Assembly: GCA_016699995.1 (NCBI GenBank)
Contig: CP064996.1
Coordinates: 202,357-266,356, forward strand
DNA length: 64,000 nt
Origin: a bacterium
GTDB taxonomy: Bacteria > Patescibacteriota > Doudnabacteria > UBA920
Reading direction: 5' to 3'
Shown one piece after another: positions 57,937 through 64,000 of the stretch. The translations under genes were made by a program, and so were the position numbers. The first letter of the stretch is position 1. Each line of letters begins with the position of its first letter. The notes below the pieces were generated by a model, which saw nothing but the letters and a program-made list of their open reading frames with translations, did not search any database and was not told the origin of the DNA.

Positions 57937-58566
57937 ATGGATAAAGGAAATTTTGCTTTGATCGTGCAAATGATCGAAGCGGCAGAAAAAAATATTCAGT
58001 CAGCCAAGCATTTGTTGCGCGAAATGGCCGGTGGAACTATACCTAAATCGACTACTAACTTTGCAGAAAAGGCTAGTACTCTTGGCGTTGCCGAAGGCGG
58101 TAAAGTTATAGAAGGGGTATTTGACGGCCAAAATATGATTGGACCAGACAGCAAGCAGTATCCGGTGCCTGCAAACTATGCTTCTAAGTCTAAGCTGGTT
58201 GAAGGGGATGTGTTAAAGCTGACCATCGCCGAAGACGGATCTTTTATTTACAAACAAATTGGTCCGGTTGAACGCCGCAAAATCATTGGCGTATTGATGC
58301 AGGATGAAAATGGCGATTACAAAGTTATTGCTGATGGAAAAACTTACCGCGTCCTTTTGGCTTCGCTTACTTACTTTAAAGCAGAAGCAGGGGATGAAGT
58401 TACCATTGTGGTGCCTAGCGAAGGAGAAACCCAGTGGGCGGCGGTGGAAAATGTGATCAAGCACTTGGCTGGCGGAGCTGGCGGCGAATTTGCCGGTCCT
58501 TCTAGTGCTCCTAAAGATGAAGACATCGAAGCCGACTTAGCTGTCGGAGAAACCGAAGAATTTTAA
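57937..58566 (+). CDS. hypothetical protein
   Basis: 209-aa ORF; acidic C-terminus. Confidence 0.4.
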   Translation: MDKGNFALIVQMIEAAEKNIQSAKHLLREMAGGTIPKSTTNFAEKASTLGVAEGGKVIEGVFDGQNMIGPDSKQYPVPANYASKSKLVEGDVLKLTIAEDGSFIYKQIGPVERRKIIGVLMQDENGDYKVIADGKTYRVLLASLTYFKAEAGDEVTIVVPSEGETQWAAVENVIKHLAGGAGGEFAGPSSAPKDEDIEADLAVGETEEF

Positions 58567-59231
58567 TGCAAGCTTTGCAGAGCTATAATCAAAAAATTTC
58601 ACAATTACTGGCCGAAAAACCAGTAATTTTGCAACTGTTAAAATTTGCCGCAATTGGCTCGTTAAATACGGCCTTGGATTTTATAATCCTGAATTACGTT
58701 ACTAAATCTTTCGGCGTTACTTCCGGTTTAAATCTGGGCCTGCTCAATTTTATCAGCTTTAGCGCCGCAATGATCCAAAGTTACCTATGGAACCGTGCTT
58801 GGACGTTTGCCTCTTCCACACTGTCTCCACTGCGTAATCTATTCCGCTTGATCGTAGTCGGCAGCTTGGGGTTTGGCGCGTTTGCCCTGGTGTTTATTGG
58901 CGGCCTATACAGCGTAGTCGATACTTATTATCTATTCATTTTAATTGTCTTCCTTATTGCCGAAATTTTAATCTGGTATGGATTTGGCCTGAACTTAAGC
59001 CAGAAGGTAGATGCCGGAGCCAGTCATCAGTTTGGCGTATTTATGATAGTTAGTCTTGTGGGACTGGTAATCAACAGCGCAATTGTGGTTGGCGCCTCTA
59101 TTGCCTTGGCGCCTATGCTGACTAGTTTGATCAACGCTGACACTATAAAAAACGTGGCGAAAATCTTGGCAACGGCAGTTTCTTTGATCTGGAATTTCGT
59201 AGGCTATAAGCTGATCGTTTTCAAAAAATAA
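58566..59231 (+). CDS. GtrA-family membrane protein (polysaccharide/glycolipid synthesis-associated)
   Basis: 221 aa; ATGA overlap with the upstream gene; GtrA-like pattern KFAAIGSLNTALDFIILNYV...YLWNRAWTF; 4+ TM. Confidence 0.55.
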   Translation: MQALQSYNQKISQLLAEKPVILQLLKFAAIGSLNTALDFIILNYVTKSFGVTSGLNLGLLNFISFSAAMIQSYLWNRAWTFASSTLSPLRNLFRLIVVGSLGFGAFALVFIGGLYSVVDTYYLFILIVFLIAEILIWYGFGLNLSQKVDAGASHQFGVFMIVSLVGLVINSAIVVGASIALAPMLTSLINADTIKNVAKILATAVSLIWNFVGYKLIVFKK

Positions 59232-59354
59232 AGCGCTTATATAAGAGATAAATCAGCCTCAAAAAGGCTGATTTTTGTATGGTATAATATAAGTAATAAA
59301 AGTTTACTTTTTCTTCAGAAATCCTTATAAAATTTAGATCAAAAACAAACCCGA

Positions 59355-60926
59355 ATGGCAGTCTTTTACCAAATTTATCGCCCAAAAAATTTCTCTGAAG
59401 TGATTGGTCAAGAATCAATCGTTAGGACTCTTCAGCAAGCTGTTTCCAATAAGAATGTTGGACACGCTTATTTATTTACCGGGAGCCGGGGGATTGGTAA
59501 AACCACTCTGGCCAGAATTTTGGCGAAGGCTGTCAATTGCGAAAAAGTTAAAGACGGCAATCCTTGCGGTGCATGCGATGTGTGCACTTCGATTGCGGCA
59601 GGAAACTTTTTGGATGTCATAGAAATAGACGCTGCCTCCCATACGGGCGTAGACAATATTCGCGAGCTAATCGAACATATTCACTTTCAGCCAACGCGAG
59701 GACGTACCAAAGTTTTTGTCATCGACGAAGTCCACATGCTGTCTAAGGCTGCTTTTAATGCGTTACTAAAGACTTTGGAAGAACCGCCAGCAAACGTCTT
59801 GTTTATTTTAGCCACCACCGACATCGAAAAAGTCTTGGATACGATTATTTCCCGAACTCAGCGCTTTGATTTTCGCAAGATCACCGGCGAAAATATGAAA
59901 CCTGCTTTGGAGCAGATTGTAAAAAATGAAAAACTGAAATTGCCGGCCGGCACCCTGGATGTGATTGTAGAAAATAGTGAAGGCGGCCTGCGCGATGCAT
60001 TGTCCCAGCTGTCTATGGCAGCTCACTTGGACAGCTCGAGCAGTATTGATGATGTTCATTTATTGCTCGGCACCACTGCCCGCGCATCCGTAATAGAATT
60101 GTTGAACTTAATTGCCCAAGGCAGCACAGGAGAAATGAGCAGTTTTTTCAAAACGCAGACAGCCGCCAATTTTGATGCTGCTTCGTTTGCCCGCAAGACT
60201 CTGGTTATTTTGCAGGAGCATTTGGAGGTTTCTCTGTCTAAACAGCAAGGAGCTCCGGATTTAGTAACCCAGTTCAGCCTTAATCAGCTACTGTATATTA
60301 TCCGTCTGTTCATGCGAGCCTACAAAGAAATTGACAGGGCTACTTCGTCCGAATTGCCTTTATTATTGGCCAGTATAGAAGCGGCTATGTTTATTCAGCC
60401 TGGTAGTTCTGATTCTGGCACCGATAAGGATGAACCGACTTATACCCCAGGCAAGCGGGCGGGTGCTGCTCCGGCAATCTCAAAAATGGAAGTAATAGAA
60501 GAAAAAGTTTCTTTAAAGCAGCCTGCGATGGCCAAAGATGTTCCGGAGGCAAGTGCGCAAAACTCAGTCGTGTTTAATAGCAGCGACATAGAGTTGGACA
60601 CCGCTCAGGTAATTGCCTGGTGGCCGGGACTCATTGCTAACGTTAAGAGCGTAAATAGCCCTCTGGCGACACTGCTTAAAAATTCTCCCTTGCATGAGGT
60701 CAGCGGCAATAAAATCATCATTGGCGTAAAGTATTTATTCCATAAGGAGCAGCTGGAAGCGGCTAAGGTTCGCACTCAGATAACTAACTTCTTAAGGGAG
60801 AAAGCTGGCGGGGATGTAGAATTTCGGGTTGTCATCGCTAAAGATTCTATGGGCGAGCAAATCGTCGACACGGCCGCCGCGGTCTCTGATGCTTTAAAGA
60901 TATTCGGCGGCGAGCTGGTAGAGTAG
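59355..60926 (+). CDS. dnaX: DNA polymerase III subunit gamma/tau
   Basis: 523 aa; AAA+ clamp-loader motifs (GSRGIGKTT Walker A, DEVHML Walker B, CxxC zinc module, SRTQ sensor). Confidence 0.92.
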   Translation: MAVFYQIYRPKNFSEVIGQESIVRTLQQAVSNKNVGHAYLFTGSRGIGKTTLARILAKAVNCEKVKDGNPCGACDVCTSIAAGNFLDVIEIDAASHTGVDNIRELIEHIHFQPTRGRTKVFVIDEVHMLSKAAFNALLKTLEEPPANVLFILATTDIEKVLDTIISRTQRFDFRKITGENMKPALEQIVKNEKLKLPAGTLDVIVENSEGGLRDALSQLSMAAHLDSSSSIDDVHLLLGTTARASVIELLNLIAQGSTGEMSSFFKTQTAANFDAASFARKTLVILQEHLEVSLSKQQGAPDLVTQFSLNQLLYIIRLFMRAYKEIDRATSSELPLLLASIEAAMFIQPGSSDSGTDKDEPTYTPGKRAGAAPAISKMEVIEEKVSLKQPAMAKDVPEASAQNSVVFNSSDIELDTAQVIAWWPGLIANVKSVNSPLATLLKNSPLHEVSGNKIIIGVKYLFHKEQLEAAKVRTQITNFLREKAGGDVEFRVVIAKDSMGEQIVDTAAAVSDALKIFGGELVE

Positions 60927-60988
60927 CTTCCTTGCAGAATGGCTTTAACGAAATAAAAATTTTAAAACAACAAAAAAATTAAAAAATT

Positions 60989-62617
60989 ATGGAAGACAAA
61001 AATAAAAAATTATCATACGCAATCATAGCCCTGGCGGTGGTGGCATTGGTTGTCATAACAGTTTGGCAGCCGGGGGAGTGGAGCTTTAGGGACCGCACCA
61101 ATTACGACGCTGCCACCAAGGCTGCCCAGGAAGAACTGGAGCAGTACAAAGCTTTTCTGGCAGAGCTTGATCCAAATTACGAAGCCAGCCAGCAATTGTT
61201 GGAAAAGATTGCCACCGAAGATGTTGTGCGGGAACAGGTAGAGACTGTTCTTAATACCAAGCAGCGCATTGTCGTTCCTCAATTGGCTAATTCGGAAATT
61301 AAAATCAGCTCCCGCAAAGATGCAGGTTTTGTAGTCAATTACCTTACGGATATAAATTCGATGGTAACCAATTACCGCAACGCCATCAATACCAGCGTAA
61401 ATAATCTGTATTCAGCCAATGCCAGCCTGGCCGATTTGCAAAAAGGTAAATCCGAAACCGCGAAGCTGGTAGCTAGCTTAAAATCGGCAGAAGTTCCGAG
61501 TTCTTTGGTGGAAATGCATAAAGCCAATATCGTATCTTTTCAAAAGTACGGTGAAATTTTTGACAGTGCTACTGGTTATAGTGAAGGCCGCGTAGCGGAG
61601 CCTTGGGCGGATTTCTATCAGGATTATGCCGTTATAGATAACCGATTGGCAGTGGTGAATTCCGAGCTGGAGAAGACTGCTCAGCAATATGCTATGGCCG
61701 GAGAGCTGGAACAGAACTTGAATGTATTCGGCATTAAGACGGCTCAAGCCCAAATTCCGAGCGTGGTTACTGTAAGCACAGATCTGAAACGCGACATTCT
61801 GGAAGGCGTCAAAATGGGTTTAGCCAAAGCTTTTGCTAATTTTTCTATAAAGATGCTGGATAAGCTGGTGGCGCATATAGAAAAGAGCTTTGCCATTGCC
61901 AGCCAGCTTTATTACTCTAACGAGCTCGGACGGTTCTATTCGGTGGAATATATGAAGAAATTCGTATCCGATCCGCTTGATCAGGATATTATCCAAAAAT
62001 TCTTGCCCGAATACTTTTGCATTAACCCGAGTAAAAAAGATCTTAACCAGATCTTTGTGGCCAAAGCCCGTGAGAATATTGGAAACGACTTAACCATTAA
62101 TCCAGGCGATCCGGATTTTGTTCAGAAATTAGCCCGCTTGGGAAGCGACGAAAAAAACTACCCGCAGTGGTGGGAAGGTTATTACGAGACTTTGGCCGCA
62201 CGTACTAAGGCAGAGGCCGAAGCAGCAGCAACCAAAGAAGTGTTGAGTCCTGGGATTAAGACGGGTCGAGATTTGGTTAGTAGTCAGGTTAACAAAACCG
62301 TATCCGCGATTTTTAATGTACAGGAAGCGGCTATTTCTGGGGCTATCGAACTGGGTACTAACAATACCGAAAATCCTGTGAGCCAATTGGTAGCCGGAGT
62401 GGTAGAAAATTTGGTTAACAAGTTTGTGTTTACTCCGATTTCCGGAGGTAGTTCCAGCAGTGGCGGTATTGGGGTAATCCAGGAGCGCAATGTTTGCTTG
62501 GATACCGCATCCATAAAACCGTTAATTCCTTTAGCTTCTTCTGGCTATGAAAATTCGGAAGGATCTGGAAGTTCGACTGCACCGGTTTCTACTCCTCCAT
62601 TTTCTCCGCGCGAATAA
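60989..62617 (+). CDS. hypothetical secreted/membrane-anchored protein
   Basis: 542 aa; N-terminal TM/signal anchor; Ser/Gly-rich C-terminus. Confidence 0.4.
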   Translation: MEDKNKKLSYAIIALAVVALVVITVWQPGEWSFRDRTNYDAATKAAQEELEQYKAFLAELDPNYEASQQLLEKIATEDVVREQVETVLNTKQRIVVPQLANSEIKISSRKDAGFVVNYLTDINSMVTNYRNAINTSVNNLYSANASLADLQKGKSETAKLVASLKSAEVPSSLVEMHKANIVSFQKYGEIFDSATGYSEGRVAEPWADFYQDYAVIDNRLAVVNSELEKTAQQYAMAGELEQNLNVFGIKTAQAQIPSVVTVSTDLKRDILEGVKMGLAKAFANFSIKMLDKLVAHIEKSFAIASQLYYSNELGRFYSVEYMKKFVSDPLDQDIIQKFLPEYFCINPSKKDLNQIFVAKARENIGNDLTINPGDPDFVQKLARLGSDEKNYPQWWEGYYETLAARTKAEAEAAATKEVLSPGIKTGRDLVSSQVNKTVSAIFNVQEAAISGAIELGTNNTENPVSQLVAGVVENLVNKFVFTPISGGSSSSGGIGVIQERNVCLDTASIKPLIPLASSGYENSEGSGSSTAPVSTPPFSPRE

Positions 62618-62627
62618 ATAAATCTTT

Positions 62628-63008
62628 ATGAAAGTATTAGGTATTGACTACGGAACAAAACGAATAGGGTTAGCTATCTCGGACGAAACGCAGACTTTAG
62701 CGCGTGAGCTGGCGATTGTATCGCCGGAAGAATTTTGGCAGCAGATCGACGGGCTTATAGAGGAACAGGGAGTTAGCATCATCGCCCTGGGGCTGCCGCT
62801 GAATATGTCGGGCGAAGCTACTCAAAAGTCTGCAGAGGTTCAGGAGTTTAGCGACAAGCTGCAGCAACGCTTAACTATACCGGTGGAGATGGTGGATGAG
62901 CGACTATCCAGCGTTATGGCCGAACAAATTACGGGTAGCGGCGAGCAAATCGACAGTTTGGCTGCACAAATCTTTTTACAAAATTATTTAAATAAAAATA
63001 AACAGTAA
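62628..63008 (+). CDS. ruvX: Holliday-junction resolvase-like RuvX/YqgF
   Basis: 126 aa; begins MKVLGIDYGTKRIGLAISD (RNase H-like fold). Confidence 0.85.
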   Translation: MKVLGIDYGTKRIGLAISDETQTLARELAIVSPEEFWQQIDGLIEEQGVSIIALGLPLNMSGEATQKSAEVQEFSDKLQQRLTIPVEMVDERLSSVMAEQITGSGEQIDSLAAQIFLQNYLNKNKQ

Positions 63009-64000
63009 TGTCTCAATTTCGCCGCAATCCCATTAATAAGCATTGGGTTCTAATTGCTCCGGGCCGCAATAAGCGTCCGGAGGAGTTTAAAACATACAGC
63101 GTGAGTTCAGGCCTGCCGGAAATTGATCCCGCATGCGTGTTTTGTCCTGGGAATGAAAATAAGAATCCGGATCTATGCGAAGACGTTTGCCGGTTGCCAG
63201 ATAATAAAGATTGGCAATTAAGGGTGATTCCGAACAAATTTCAATCTCTAGAAGAAACTCGCATATACGCAAATCGCGATTTTTACGAGTCTCGTGCGGG
63301 GTATGGCGAGCATGAAGTCATTATCACTCGCAAGCACAATGAGCCTCCTGCTTTGCAGTCCGCGGTGCTTGTCCAACAAACATTAAAATTATTTCAGGAC
63401 CGGATTAAGGAGATTCAGAAGGATCCGGAAATAAAATATGTACAGATATTCCATAATCACGGCCGCGATGCCGGCGCATCCCTAGTGCACCCTCACTATC
63501 AGATCTTGGCTACACCAATCGTTCCTCCGCATATCCACGAGGAGCTCCGCAGTTGCTACCATCATTATCAACAAACAGGAACTTGCATTTACTGCGACAT
63601 CGTCAAAGAAGAGATTAAGAACAAGGACCGCATTGTTTATGAGGATGACTATTTTGTTGTGATGTCCGCATACGCATCGCGCAGTCCGTTTGAGACTTGG
63701 ATCTTGCCCAAACGCCATCATGCGCGCTTCGAAGCTACGTCCGATGTCGAATTGCTGCATCTGGCGCATGTATTAAAGAAAGTTTTGGGAAGTTTGTATG
63801 TAAAGCTGTCAGATCCGCCATTAAACTATTACATTCACACCATGCCGCATTCCCAAGACAAACATTTGGTTCATGAAGAAAAGAGCTACCATTGGCATCT
63901 GACTGTTTTCCCGCGGTTAACCATTTGGGCAGGTTTCGAGTACGGCACCGGCATTCCTGTAAACCCAGTGGCTCCGGAAATGACCGCTAAGTTTTTGAGA
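63008..64000 (+). CDS. GalT-like HIT-family nucleotidyltransferase (galactose-1-phosphate uridylyltransferase / ADP-glucose phosphorylase family), 3' partial
   Basis: ATG overlaps the ruvX stop (TAATG). CVFCPGNE zinc motif and HPHYQI active-site motif. The frame is open to the window end (331 codons). Confidence 0.75.
   Translation, partial: MSQFRRNPINKHWVLIAPGRNKRPEEFKTYSVSSGLPEIDPACVFCPGNENKNPDLCEDVCRLPDNKDWQLRVIPNKFQSLEETRIYANRDFYESRAGYGEHEVIITRKHNEPPALQSAVLVQQTLKLFQDRIKEIQKDPEIKYVQIFHNHGRDAGASLVHPHYQILATPIVPPHIHEELRSCYHHYQQTGTCIYCDIVKEEIKNKDRIVYEDDYFVVMSAYASRSPFETWILPKRHHARFEATSDVELLHLAHVLKKVLGSLYVKLSDPPLNYYIHTMPHSQDKHLVHEEKSYHWHLTVFPRLTIWAGFEYGTGIPVNPVAPEMTAKFLR

Noticed and set aside
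1-64000. CRISPR arrays, rRNA genes, transposases or integrases
   Set aside because: No regularly spaced direct repeats, no rRNA-like conserved blocks, and no ORF with DDE/tyrosine-recombinase motifs were seen. The only repeats are the 33-nt terminator element and the poly-G tract.

Overview
This window is about 64 kb of a gene-dense, low-GC bacterial chromosome (roughly 40-45% GC by eye). Gene content fits a streamlined Patescibacteria/CPR-like (Saccharibacteria-type) genome; that placement is an inference from gene content, not a database hit.

Supporting cues: tuf is detached from fusA and has its own promoter; L30 is absent from the spc cluster; the operon ends at secY; a DUF2207 protein is present; the aminoacyl-tRNA synthetases are compact.

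Nearly everything is on the + strand. In order: nfo, an AI-2E transporter, metG, tatD, an M15 peptidase, leuS, a cupin, an MFS-type transporter, glyA, uppP, a PAP2 phosphatase, tRNA-Leu(CAA), a ParB-like gene, tRNA-Pro(GGG), dut, a VIT-like protein, a DUF2207 protein, an MBL-fold hydrolase, a TspO-like protein, rpmB (on the - strand), an M50 peptidase, rpsL-rpsG-fusA, an accessory block of about 4.7 kb, tuf, the S10-spc ribosomal cluster (rpsJ through rplO) with secY, a T4SS-type P-loop ATPase with an adjacent lytic-transglycosylase membrane protein and large hypothetical proteins, dnaX, ruvX and a partial GalT-like gene.

Main observations:
1. leuS carries an in-frame Nudix-hydrolase domain with a canonical Nudix box, inserted at the edge of the editing domain.
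2. At least eight essential ribosomal-protein genes (rplW, rplB, rpsS, rplV, rpsC, rpmC, rpsH, rplF) are split across reading frames, mostly at A/T/G homopolymers. This most likely reflects homopolymer indel errors in the assembly, and it colours how the other apparent frameshifts should be read: the NadM-like NMNAT, the DUF5648-repeat gene, the 34.1-34.9 kb ORF, and a hidden small Cys-rich peptide.
3. Three short high-GC islets (55-65% GC) sit in the low-GC background: around 21.0-22.0 kb, around 28.1-29.1 kb inside the fusA-tuf accessory insertion, and around 50.8-53.8 kb. They are candidate horizontally acquired DNA, possibly from a high-GC host.
4. The 48.2-57.5 kb cluster looks like a divergent conjugation/T4SS-like envelope-spanning module: a membrane-anchored TraG/VirD4/VirB4-type ATPase, a PrgK/VirB1-like lytic transglycosylase, a Pro-rich secreted protein, and a 1136-aa protein with glycine-zipper membrane segments.
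5. A roughly 130-nt G-rich tract with poly-G runs sits between the M15 peptidase gene and leuS.
6. An identical 33-nt terminator-containing repeat brackets an HFYTT-repeat secreted-protein gene.
7. A long, near-perfect inverted repeat lies between rplO and secY.

No CRISPR array, rRNA or obvious transposase was seen.
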